A stretch of DNA of 56,087 nt from Candidatus Brocadiia bacterium (GTDB lineage: Bacteria; Planctomycetota; Brocadiia; SM23-32), in the NCBI GenBank assembly GCA_046538485.1, contig JBKHIT010000031.1:1-56087 (forward strand). The letters are read 5' to 3'. Of this stretch, positions 46,799-56,087 are shown piece by piece (within the stretch, counting starts at the first letter, position 1; every line of letters starts with the position of its first letter). The translations under genes and the position numbers were made by a program. The notes under the pieces are model-generated. The model saw nothing but the letters and a program-made list of their open reading frames with translations, had not been told where the DNA came from and ran no database searches.

Positions 46799-49704
46799 TG
46801 GTTTTCTCCTTCAGCAACGAATTTTTTTGTTCGACGCTTTTCATGTCTCGAGGCGTAAGCGCAGATTCCGGCGAGAATCAGGATGACCGGAATGCTGATC
46901 CCTGTTAGAAGTGACCATCCGACATCCAGAAGTTGCTCGACGTTGATGATAACAAGGGCAATACCGGCGATCCCGGAGGTAATGCAGGTGATGCAGTTGC
47001 AGGTGATGCACCAGACCTTTGAGCGCGGAAAAAGTTTTTTCTCAAGAAGTGTGATGAGCGAGGGCAAAATCAGTAGAGATGCTACCCCTGCGGTGAAGAG
47101 GATAGCTGCGATGAATATTCCGACGGTTTGATAGGGTACGAGGGGAGCTGCCAGAAGCGGCAAAAATCCAAGTCCAACCACTATGGCGTTGCGTGTGATT
47201 GCCCGGGCGGGCTCGCCAAAAACCGGTTCTGCTGTTTCCTCCCACGAGGCGTATTGCTGGTATATATCCCGGCTTCGAGTAAGGAAGTGAATAGCATAGT
47301 CCACAGCCAGGCCCAAGCTGAGAGATGAAAGTACCGCGACCGGCATGTCATAGTCTTTTCCCACCAGACCGACAATACCGTATATCATCCCGATCGTGAC
47401 CGTGAGCGGTACCATACAGAGCAGACCCCACAGGGCGGATCGGTAGAGCAGCGTCATCATCAAAAAGACGCAGAGGAAACTTCCGAGGAAGGCTTTCAGC
47501 ATGCCCCAGGCCATTTTGTGCTGCCAGACGACGTTGATATAGGTCAGGCCAAACCAGTCGTGTTTCAACTCGAAAGGTGGGGGATGGTTATCAATGTAGT
47601 TGTCAACCGTTTGTTTCACTGTGCTCATGTCCTTATTGTCTCCGCTTGTGATTTGGAACCACATTACTGATTCACGGTAGTCCGGAGTCACAAAATGCCA
47701 GAGATCCTCCGGACGGTGGCTGCTTTGATATTGAAACAAGCAATCTCCAACCCCAGATACGGTATCAGGCAGGCGGAATGCCTGTTCGGGTGTCAATTTG
47801 TCCCCGTTCCGCACAACCCCCGTCATCAGATCGCGGTGAACGGTTTTGACGATATCGGCGAGGGAATTAGACTTCCCAATACGGTTGGGCAGAGCTTTGC
47901 GTGTGGCTTTTTGGAGCCCGGCAATATAAGCGAGTGCTTTCGGGTTTTTGAAGATTTCTTCTTCTCTGGTTTCCGCCGCTGATGGTTCAGAATCGTCTTG
48001 CGAACCTTCTGCAGGGCCGCCGCCGAGACCGGAGGGGAGGGCAGGTTCGGTGCCGGTGCTCATCCCGCCACCGGCCGGCAGGACGCCCGGGCTTTCGAGA
48101 CCACTGGGCAGACTCGGTTCGTCACTTTCAGGTTCGCTTGTGGGCGCAGGTTCCGGTTTCGTTGTTTCGTCTGTGCCCGCTTTTTCTGCGGCAGATTTTT
48201 GGGAGGCGTCTGTTTGAATTTTGCCGGGGGGACGCAGCGACAAATAGGCCATGTATGTCCCGCCAAAGTGATCGTTCAGGACACGATCCGCCACCCGGAT
48301 GGGGTGAGATGTGCCAAACCATTTCGTGGGATTGTCATTAATACGGATGAGCTTGATGCCGTAGACGGAAACTCCGAGGAGAATGACGACGAGGACGAGA
48401 ATCAATTTTGCATAGCGATATGTGAATTGCCCGACGTTGCGAAGGATGTTGCCGAGAACGGTTCTGGTTGCTTCGGTCTCCGAGTGACTGGCGCCAAAAT
48501 TTTCCAGGCGTTCTTCGGGGATGAACATGATAAAGCTCGGGATGAAATTTACCGTGCAGAACCAGGCGACCATTACACCGAAAGCGACAAAGAGTCCGAA
48601 AACCTGGACAGGCGGGATGGGAGCCAGAGCCAGGGACGCGAAACCAACGGCGGTTGTGAGGGATGTATACAGCATTGGGATGAACAGTTTATCCATCACA
48701 TTTTGAATCGTCTGACGCCGATCACGGGTTTCCTGATATCGGTCGAAGAATTCCGAGAGGATATGCACGGCATCCAGCACGGCGATCGGCACGATGAAAA
48801 TAGGAATCATACTGCTCATGATGTGAACCGTATTGCCGGTCACAACCAGCAGTGCCATCGTTGAGGCTGCCGCGACGATTGCCACGATCATCGGGGAAAC
48901 GATCAACAGCAGGTTGCGGAAGAACACCAGGAGCAAAATGAAAATGATGATCATAGCAATAGGGGCGGAGATAGCCATTTGCTTGAACATCTCCATCCCG
49001 AAGGTGTCTTCGGCAACGGGCAAACCGGTAATATGAAATTCCTCCGGTCCCGTAAAGGTTGCGACTTTCTCCTGAAGTTTTTTGTAGACCTTGTAGCTCT
49101 GGTCTTTCGAGGTGAGCGGAAGATATATGCAAACAGCTTTGCCATCTTCGCTCACCATGGTGCCATTGAGGAAGGGGATACGCATGGCTTTCCGGCGGAC
49201 TTCCAGGGCCGCCTCCTGAGTCGCTGGCGGTTCAGGCATCAGCCATTCAAAAGTTACCTCCCCGGGCGCCGTTGGCTACAGGCTGTCCACCCTGGAGGGG
49301 GCTATAATATCCTGTTCGATCACACCCGCCATCGCCTCTGGATCTGCCGGATCCGGCCATTGCAGCGACGCGGCATACTCGGTCAATTCATGGATTTTGC
49401 TGAGCGAATCCGGGTTGAAAACACCGTCAGAATGCTCGGAGTTCACGACCCCGACAACCACCATGTCATGAAGGTCCATTTGTCCCTTCATGTGATTGTG
49501 AAAGACTCGTACCGGCTCGTCCTCAGGGAGCATGTTCTCAGGATCGGTGTCGATCTTGAGCGAATTAAGCCCTTTAAACGTATCGGGCCAGAGTGTCGGC
49601 AATCCGGCCAGCATAAGGAGGACGACTGTCAATACCACCGTGGTAATTGCTACAAAACGGGGGCGAGTTAGCGAAAAGTTTACGATCGATTTGCCGGCGT
49701 CCAT
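46795..49704 (-). CDS. MMPL/RND-family transporter interrupted by an in-frame TAG at 49276-49278
   Basis: IDTDPENML N-terminus; ..VDSL*PTAPGEVTFEWLMPEPP continues in frame; TSLTTAVGF and GLAVDYAIHF RND motifs. Confidence 0.85.
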
Positions 49705-50015
49705 TAATCGTTTTCCTCACATGTCTTGCGGATGGAACGAAGAAGTTCGGTAAGGCGTGGGCTGACGATTTGATAGTAAACTTCCCGTCCGCGCCGCTCC
49801 TTGTCGAGTAGACCTCGCCCTTTGAGCAGGCGCAAGTGTTCGCTGGCGTGATGGGATTCCAGACCGCACATGTCGGCGATTTCCCCGACTGTAAATTCTC
49901 CCTGCATCAGGATATTGGCGATCCGCAGGCGCGTGGGATGGCCCATAACCCGCAGACAATCAGCTGCTCTTCGAAGCTCTTGTTCCGGTATGAGCTTTAC
50001 GTTTGAATTCGCCAT
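49704..50015 (-). CDS. ArsR/SmtB-family transcriptional regulator
   Basis: GHPTRLRI, TVGEIA, SEHLRLL, RRGREVYY. Confidence 0.92.
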   Translation of the reverse strand: MANSNVKLIPEQELRRAADCLRVMGHPTRLRIANILMQGEFTVGEIADMCGLESHHASEHLRLLKGRGLLDKERRGREVYYQIVSPRLTELLRSIRKTCEEND

Positions 50016-50033
50016 GGTTTTTCTCCTGTCGAT

Positions 50034-50066
50034 ATATCATGATATCAAGATATGACTCAGTGTCAA
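50034..50066 (-). promoter_or_regulatory. Promoter with overlapping palindromic operator for the ArsR operon
   Basis: TTGACA-N16-TATCAT (minus strand); perfect palindrome ATATCATGATAT at 50034-50045 and near-copy ATATCAAGATAT at 50042-50053. Confidence 0.7.
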
Positions 50067-50166
50067 GCTTGGTTTTTTCGCTGGCCTCGTATCAGGGAGA
50101 CTTATCGGAGGTGAAGGGAAGCGCGGCTGAAATGAAGGGCAGCGGTACGGCTTGGAGCAAAACGGT

Positions 50167-50212
50167 TGCGTCTTTTTTGTGCAAATGTTGTTTCCCGATC
50201 ACTTTTTGTGCA
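50167..50212 (+). promoter_or_regulatory. Two NtrC-like enhancer sites
   Basis: TGCGTCTTTTTTGTGCA (50167-50183) and CGATCACTTTTTGTGCA (50196-50212) upstream of a sigma54 site. Confidence 0.5.
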
Positions 50213-50324
50213 GAATCCTCCTCGGTTTTGTGAATTTAGTTCGGATCAAGGTCGAGCGCTTAATTTACTTAAGCTGTGAAACAAAAATAGCTTACGACAC
50301 AGGCAGATCGGAAAATAAGCGCGC

Positions 50325-50340
50325 TGGCACAGACCTTGCA
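50325..50340 (+). promoter_or_regulatory. Sigma54 (-24/-12) promoter
   Basis: TGGCAC-AGACC-TTGCA, consensus match upstream of amt. Confidence 0.85.
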
Positions 50341-50429
50341 AGAACGTCGATTGAGGCGACCGGTGAGAAACGGCTCACCGGAGTGTCTGCCTTCGCTTTT
50401 CAGGATTCGTTTCGATGGGAGATTGAGCG

Positions 50430-51794
50430 GTGTACAGGAAACCGTCTGGCCCTCTGAAGATTTTGTTCTTTTTTGTCTTGTTTTGTGGGAGTGTACATGC
50501 AGCAGAACCTTCATCAAGTTCTAATGCTGTGGCCATCGACACGGTCTGGATGCTTGTTGCAGCCTTTTTGGTTTTTTTCATGCAGCCGGGCTTCGCAATG
50601 GTTGAAGCCGGTTTCACGCGGGCGAAAAATGCCTGCAACATCATCATGAAGAACCTGATGGATTTTTCAGTGGGGTCGCTGGCGTACTGGGCCATCGGGT
50701 TCGGGATTATGTTTGGGGCCGACAGATTGGGCCTTTTTGGCACGGACGGATTTTTCCTGTCGGCCGGAGACCCATCGACGACCGAAGGACTCTGGCAAAT
50801 TGCCTTCTGGATGTTCCAGGTTGTCTTCGCGGCTACCGCCGCCACGATAGTTTCCGGTGCGATGGCGGAACGGACAAAGTTCGTCGGGTACCTGGCCTAC
50901 AGCGTTTTGATCTCCGCTTTCATTTATCCGGTGGTCGGACACTGGATTTGGGGCGGCGGATGGTTGGGAGATCTGGGTATGGTCGATTTTGCCGGATCAA
51001 CCGTTGTCCACAGTGTCGGGGGTTGGGCGGCTCTGGTCGGTGCGGCGATTCTCGGTCCGCGAGAGGGGAAATACGTTCGCAATGGCGAGAAGGTTACCTC
51101 CCGTGCATTGCCGGGCCACAATATTCCCCTGGCATCTCTGGGAGTGTTTATCCTCTGGTTCGGCTGGTTCGGGTTTAATGCCGGAAGCACCACCTCTGGA
51201 ACGAATCTTTCAATCGGTACCATCGCCGTGACAACAAATCTGGCGGCCGCCGCCGGAGCCGTTGCGGCCATGCTGACGGTCTGGTTTCTCGAAGGAAAAC
51301 CTGATGCCAGCATGTCCTTGAACGGCGCGCTCGCCGGCCTTGTGGCCATTACTGCTGGATGCTCGGTCGTTTCCCCGGTTGGGGCGGTTGTGATCGGCCT
51401 GACCGCCGGAGCGCTTGTCGTTGTTTCCGTGCTTTTTATCGACCAGATCCTGCGTGTGGACGATCCCGTGGGCGCGGTGAGTGTGCATGGCGTCTGCGGC
51501 GCATTTGGTACACTGGCGGTCGGAGTATTCGCGAATCCGGCCTACGCCGTTTCCTCTGGATCAGGTGAACTCGCTGGCCTGTTTTACGGAGGTGGGTTCG
51601 AACTGCTTGGTATCCAGGCCCTGGGCGTGCTGAGTGTTCTCGCGTGGGTCGGGGTCACAGGTACAGCCACGTTCTTGCTCATCCGATCGACAATTGGACT
51701 GCGAGTCACGCGAGATGAGGAACTTCGCGGGCTTGATATCGGTGAGCATGGCATGGAAGCCTACGCCGGATTCCAGATTTTCACAACTGAATGA
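50430..51794 (+). CDS. amtB: Ammonium transporter
   Basis: FFMQPGFAMVEAG, DFAGSTVVH, LWFGWFGFNAGS, DDPVGAVSVHG. Confidence 0.96.
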   Translation: MYRKPSGPLKILFFFVLFCGSVHAAEPSSSSNAVAIDTVWMLVAAFLVFFMQPGFAMVEAGFTRAKNACNIIMKNLMDFSVGSLAYWAIGFGIMFGADRLGLFGTDGFFLSAGDPSTTEGLWQIAFWMFQVVFAATAATIVSGAMAERTKFVGYLAYSVLISAFIYPVVGHWIWGGGWLGDLGMVDFAGSTVVHSVGGWAALVGAAILGPREGKYVRNGEKVTSRALPGHNIPLASLGVFILWFGWFGFNAGSTTSGTNLSIGTIAVTTNLAAAAGAVAAMLTVWFLEGKPDASMSLNGALAGLVAITAGCSVVSPVGAVVIGLTAGALVVVSVLFIDQILRVDDPVGAVSVHGVCGAFGTLAVGVFANPAYAVSSGSGELAGLFYGGGFELLGIQALGVLSVLAWVGVTGTATFLLIRSTIGLRVTRDEELRGLDIGEHGMEAYAGFQIFTTE

Positions 51795-51823
51795 ATTAAG
51801 AGACAGTTCCTGGAGGTGAACAG

Positions 51824-52165
51824 ATGAAACTTGTCATCGCATACATCCAACCGGAAAAACTCAACGACGTTAAACAGGCTCTCTACGAGGCCGAAGTCTA
51901 CAAGATGTCCGTCACTAACGCCCTGGGTTGCGGTCAGCAGAAAGGCTACACTGAATCTTACCGGGGTGTGGAAACCGAGGTGAACCTGCTGAAAAAAGTG
52001 CGCCTGGAGATCGGCGTCAACGAGGATTTCGTCTCTGCGACTATCGAAGCCATCACCCAGGGCGCGAGGACGGGAAATATCGGCGACGGTAAAATCTTTG
52101 TGGTCGACCTGGCGGACTGCATACGTATCCGCACGGGTGATCGTGGTTCGGATGCTATCGGATGA
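51824..52165 (+). CDS. glnK: PII nitrogen regulator (GlnK-type by amt linkage)
   Basis: [27 protein letters not shown]. Confidence 0.92.
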   Translation: MKLVIAYIQPEKLNDVKQALYEAEVYKMSVTNALGCGQQKGYTESYRGVETEVNLLKKVRLEIGVNEDFVSATIEAITQGARTGNIGDGKIFVVDLADCIRIRTGDRGSDAIG

Positions 52166-52328
52166 CGTGTGAGAGGACGGTCCGACACGGTCAAACGCCA
52201 GCCGTGGAGGAAGGTATATCTCCTGCGGCCGGAAGCTTTTGCATTCAGGCGGCGCGGAAAAAAATGTTCCCATAATTTCCTTCGTCTTGTGGGCCCGGCC
52301 GCACCAGCGCATAAATTTTCAGCCGGGC

Positions 52329-54542
52329 TCATTCCGCCTCGTGAAGGGTCAAGATCTCGCCCTCTTCGGCGCGAATTTCGAGAACAGAAGCGTCGAGGAT
52401 TTTCTGTGTCGCTCCCGGACGCCTGACGGCGGCTTTTTTCCACGGGTTTTTCAAGCGGAAGGTGCCACCGGCCAGACTTTCCACGCGCACGGGGCCGACC
52501 AGACCGTTTTTTCGTGAAGCGCTGACTTTGAAGGCACCGTCGGTGAGTATCCCATCGAATTGCACCTCGTCCCACCGGGAGGGCGCTCCGGCGAAAAGAT
52601 AGTTGACACCTCTCCGGGTGTGCAAAAGCATCTCCTGGATCGCCGCCACGGATCCCATACCGCCGTCCATCTGCATCACGTCGGTCTCGTTGAAATTCCC
52701 GCCCATAGCCGGTGCCCCCATCAGGGAAATACCGGAAGGACGGCAGTTATGGAGCGTGCCTTCGCCTTTGTTTGTGAAGAAACGGTCGAAAACTTCAAGC
52801 CAGAGTTCCGCGGCTTCCGGATTGTCCGCCCGGGTGTTAATGGCGGATGCCCAGGACAGGCACCAGCCCGACCATTTACCGGGTCCTCGGAGTATCCATT
52901 CGGCCAGGCTTCGCTGGACGACCGGTTCCCATTTTTCGGCGTGAGGGTCGATCACGTCGAAGGGGGCGATTGCGCCGAGATGGGAATGGTGTCGGTGGCT
53001 TTCCTCCAGGGCCTGATTTTCCCAGAGAGCGATCCTTTCTTCGCCCTCATCGCCGATCAAACAGGCTTTCGGCAGGTTGTCCAGGATCTGCTGCCAGATC
53101 GGTTTGGGGTCTTCCGCCAGCACCGAACATGCTTCGAGCAAGTCTTCGCAAAGGCGGTGGATGCAGGCGAGCTGGAAACTGGCGTTGGGACCCCATCCTC
53201 TGCCGTCTTTGTTGAAATATTCCGGGGATATACCGACCGGCAGACGGAACGTTCCGTCGTCCGTGCGTTCAAGCATTTCTTCGTAGACGCGCATTGTGCC
53301 CCGCATGAACGGGAACGCGGTCTCCCGGAGAAATTCGACGTCCTGACTGTACCGGTAGTTTCGGAACATCATGCTGGCCACCCAGGCCGTGCACCCGTGA
53401 TCCGCTGAATGACCCCAGTAACCGGTCATGAATCGGCAGTCATCGCTGACGGCATGCGGGAGCATCAGGCCATCATCGATTCCGAGGAAATTTCGGGCGT
53501 TGTCACGGAGCGTTTCCTCCCAACCAGCGATCATCTCCCAGAGGGGCTGGAGGTGGTGAAGCAGGTTGCCATGGAAGGCAGGCTGATAGCACATCTGGAC
53601 GTTTACGTTGAAGTGATAATCGCTGGACCAGGGAGGCATGCGATACTCTTCGATCCACGGTCCCTGGAGGGTGGCCGGCACCCCGTCGGGATTTGTGAAT
53701 CCGGCGAATTTGTACATCCCATAGTCGTAGAGGAATTGCAGGCGTTCGTTTGGCAGGTCGATTTCCGGAACCCGATCCCAGTAACTCTTCCACCAGTTCT
53801 GAGAGCGCTCCCTGGCGTGCTGGAATCCCTCCTCGCCGGCTTTCGATAGTATCGTTGAGACGGAGTCAACGGCATCGGTTTTGTTCCCGCGACCGGTTGC
53901 AAGGGCAAGAATGCCATTGCTGCACGTCCATCCCACGCAGATTGCGGGATCGACGGGGCATTTCTGGATCCAACCCTCGATTCCTTCGGTTTCGACCATT
54001 TCGGGCCGCTCGAATTGCAGTTCCGCGAGTTCCTCGCCGACGAATTCCCATGCTGGAACGGGTTTGATTTCAGGGAGCGGCACCTGCGGCGGGAACTCAA
54101 TCAGCAGCAGTGGCTGTTTCATATCGTGCAGGATCCGGACGATGCCATTCCGTTCGCGAGGAGACGTTTCAATTTCGACAAGACCGTCGCAAATCGACAG
54201 ATCTGCTCCACCGATCCTAACTTCGGAATCCCACTGGAGATCGATTCGCCCGACGGGCAGGACGGTGGGCCGATCAGGTTCACCGGAAGCCGTTGAATCG
54301 CTGCGGAAAAGGTCGTTCAGCGATTCTTCCTCGTCTTCTTTGAGGTGTTTGCGAATGTTTTCGTAATTCATCTCCGGTGTCCATTGGGAACCACCGCGGT
54401 GATCCCACAGGTCGGCGCGTCCGATGGTGATGCGGAGCGTATTCTCATTGCCCCAGAGAATCGTGCCCATGCGTCCGTTCCCCTGCAATATTCCGGTATG
54501 GGTTCGCGGCAGGGGGAAATCCCAATGATAGCGGCGTGACAT
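52329..54542 (-). CDS. GH95-like glycoside hydrolase (alpha-L-fucosidase-like), no signal peptide
   Basis: GNGRMG, PATLQG, WSSDYHFNVNVQMCY, SPE, HRHHSHL, QMDG..G...AIQEMLL. Confidence 0.8.
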   Translation of the reverse strand: MSRRYHWDFPLPRTHTGILQGNGRMGTILWGNENTLRITIGRADLWDHRGGSQWTPEMNYENIRKHLKEDEEESLNDLFRSDSTASGEPDRPTVLPVGRIDLQWDSEVRIGGADLSICDGLVEIETSPRERNGIVRILHDMKQPLLLIEFPPQVPLPEIKPVPAWEFVGEELAELQFERPEMVETEGIEGWIQKCPVDPAICVGWTCSNGILALATGRGNKTDAVDSVSTILSKAGEEGFQHARERSQNWWKSYWDRVPEIDLPNERLQFLYDYGMYKFAGFTNPDGVPATLQGPWIEEYRMPPWSSDYHFNVNVQMCYQPAFHGNLLHHLQPLWEMIAGWEETLRDNARNFLGIDDGLMLPHAVSDDCRFMTGYWGHSADHGCTAWVASMMFRNYRYSQDVEFLRETAFPFMRGTMRVYEEMLERTDDGTFRLPVGISPEYFNKDGRGWGPNASFQLACIHRLCEDLLEACSVLAEDPKPIWQQILDNLPKACLIGDEGEERIALWENQALEESHRHHSHLGAIAPFDVIDPHAEKWEPVVQRSLAEWILRGPGKWSGWCLSWASAINTRADNPEAAELWLEVFDRFFTNKGEGTLHNCRPSGISLMGAPAMGGNFNETDVMQMDGGMGSVAAIQEMLLHTRRGVNYLFAGAPSRWDEVQFDGILTDGAFKVSASRKNGLVGPVRVESLAGGTFRLKNPWKKAAVRRPGATQKILDASVLEIRAEEGEILTLHEAE

Positions 54543-54635
54543 CTGCGATCTCCTGTGTTTTCGGGATTGGAAAAGAGGTAGGTTATAGGCAGGAGGAGGG
54601 GGAAGCAAATTGGTGCGAGTGGCATAAAGCAGGAG

Positions 54636-54670
54636 AAGGGGCGAAAGGGACTCAAGGGACGGAAGGGACG
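54636..54670. repeat. 9-bp tandem array x4
   Basis: aaggggcga aagggactc aagggacgg aagggacg. Confidence 0.8.
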
Positions 54671-54707
54671 AAGTCTTGTAAACGATAAATTCGCCGCGGC
54701 AAATGAG

Positions 54708-55526
54708 CTAATCAGGGCTTTTTTGCCAGAGTCGTTTCAGGTCTTCAGCGGGGAGCTCGTCCGGTGATTTGCCCTTTTTCTTGAGGGCATTTTCGACCGA
54801 CCGGAACCGGTTGCGGAAGTTCCTGATAGTCTGGTTGAGGGCTTCTTCGGGACCGACGCCGAGCTGGCGGGCGAGGCTGACGATTGTGAACAGAATATTG
54901 CCCATTTTTTCTTTCACTTTGTCGTGGGTATTCTGTTCTGAAAGGCTGTCAGACAACTCTTCGATTTGCTCATCGAGACGTTCCAGCGTTCGGACCGGCC
55001 GGCCATCATCGAGGCCGTTTTTGATGGCGGCTTTCTGCAGGGATTTTGCGCGCATCAGAGCGGGAAGGTGCCGCGGGATATCGGGCAGAATCGAGCCGAA
55101 AGAGTCGATGTCGCCCTTTTCTTCGCGTTTTATTCTGTCCCAGTTGCGGCGTAGATCTTCCTCAGTGTCAATATCGGCGTCGGCGAAGACGTGAGGATGA
55201 CGTCGGATCATTTTCTTGCAGATGGTCCTGGCGACGTCTTCGAAGTCAAAAAGCTCCTTTTCGCTGCAGATCTGGGATTGGAAGACGATCTGGAGCAGCA
55301 GGTCGCCGAGCTCGTCTTTCAACCAGTCGGGATCTTCTTCCTCAATGGCTTCAAGGACTTCGGCGGATTCTTCGATGAGGTACGGTTTCAAGGTTTCGAG
55401 GGTCTGTTTGCGGTCCCAGGGACAGCCATCGGGTGAGCGGAGTGTGCCCATAATTTGCAGGAGACGTTGAGTGTGGGGGAGTTTGCTGGCGGGGTCGGCG
55501 GTTTCGCTTGAATCGTTATCGATCAT
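54708..55526 (-). CDS. mazG: Nucleoside triphosphate pyrophosphohydrolase MazG
   Basis: LRSPDGCPWDRKQT, EESAE, ELGDLLLQ, RRHPHVF, LPALMRA; start uncertain. Confidence 0.92.
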   Translation of the reverse strand: MIDNDSSETADPASKLPHTQRLLQIMGTLRSPDGCPWDRKQTLETLKPYLIEESAEVLEAIEEEDPDWLKDELGDLLLQIVFQSQICSEKELFDFEDVARTICKKMIRRHPHVFADADIDTEEDLRRNWDRIKREEKGDIDSFGSILPDIPRHLPALMRAKSLQKAAIKNGLDDGRPVRTLERLDEQIEELSDSLSEQNTHDKVKEKMGNILFTIVSLARQLGVGPEEALNQTIRNFRNRFRSVENALKKKGKSPDELPAEDLKRLWQKSPD

Positions 55527-56087
55527 TGGTTTCTTATCCTCAGTGTTCGGGGAGACCGTCGGCTGGATGGTAAAGGCAGTGGGGACGTTTTCAAGTGAAA
55601 CGGCGATTGCTCTTGCGCGAAGGAGAGGGCACAGATCCCGTTTTGCCTCCCCCTTGAGGTCGATCCGTAAGTGAGCCATTTGCTCTGATTGTAACTATTA
55701 GCTGTGCAGCCGTTTGCGAATAGGGCAAAAAACTATTTACCCCAAAAACGTGCTCTCAGCGGCGCTGAGGACTGTGTTGGACCGCAGCACGCCGGTTTTT
55801 ACCCCGGAACCCCAAATGAAAATGTGCGGTATCCAACGTTTCCCGGAACGACACAGCGGTGAGTAAAACGCGCCTCCGGCCCCTTTTAACACACCGCAAT
55901 CCACAGCGCGCCGCTGGCGCGCGGGACACCACACGGCCCGGTGCCGCCGACATCCCGGGGTTGCGGGAAATGTCTCGTGCCGCAGGACGCAACAAAAATC
56001 AACGTATGTATGGTGGCATCCTGCCAGCGCGTCGCGCTGGCTTTGGAGTGCGTGCGACCGCGAGTCGCGGTAGACTACATCGGGGGT

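Noticed and set aside
822..54670. CRISPR array interpretation of the repeats
   Set aside because: Units are 9 bp and contiguous with no unique spacers; no cas genes
1..56087. Genome-wide stop codon reassignment
   Set aside because: TGA and TAG terminate full-length conserved genes (A2M, pbpC, amt, mazG) at expected positions
55680..56087. Possible ncRNA or tRNA upstream of mazG
   Set aside because: No cloverleaf or recognisable RNA family signature; the window edge limits context

Overview
A GC-rich bacterial chromosomal window, most likely from a PVC-superphylum lineage (Lentisphaerae/Kiritimatiellae/Planctomycetota-like; inferred from the prepilin H-X9-DG-type gene array, GntR-LacI hybrid regulator and sulfatases). 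It holds an alpha-2-macroglobulin/PBP1C pair, two sulfatases (one closely resembling human ARSK) and two partly paralogous polysaccharide-degradation clusters, each with a heparinase II/III-like lyase, a DUF6067-like protein and an unnamed putative glycoside hydrolase. It also has a GntR/LacI regulator followed by four prepilin-type genes, cstA, an ArsR-MMPL-LolA-like-OMP operon, sigma54-driven amt-PII, a GH95-like enzyme and mazG, plus IS66 and IS200-type (Y1) transposase remnants. Most notable observations: (i) a four-helix-bundle (Avd-like) gene bracketed by 9-bp AAGGGACnn arrays that recur, with strand bias, in intergenic regions across the window; (ii) an in-frame TGA at a conserved Cys position of a prepilin-type gene; (iii) an in-frame TAG in the MMPL gene; (iv) several undescribed intergenic repeat families. 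Family assignments come from motif recognition by eye; no database searches were run.
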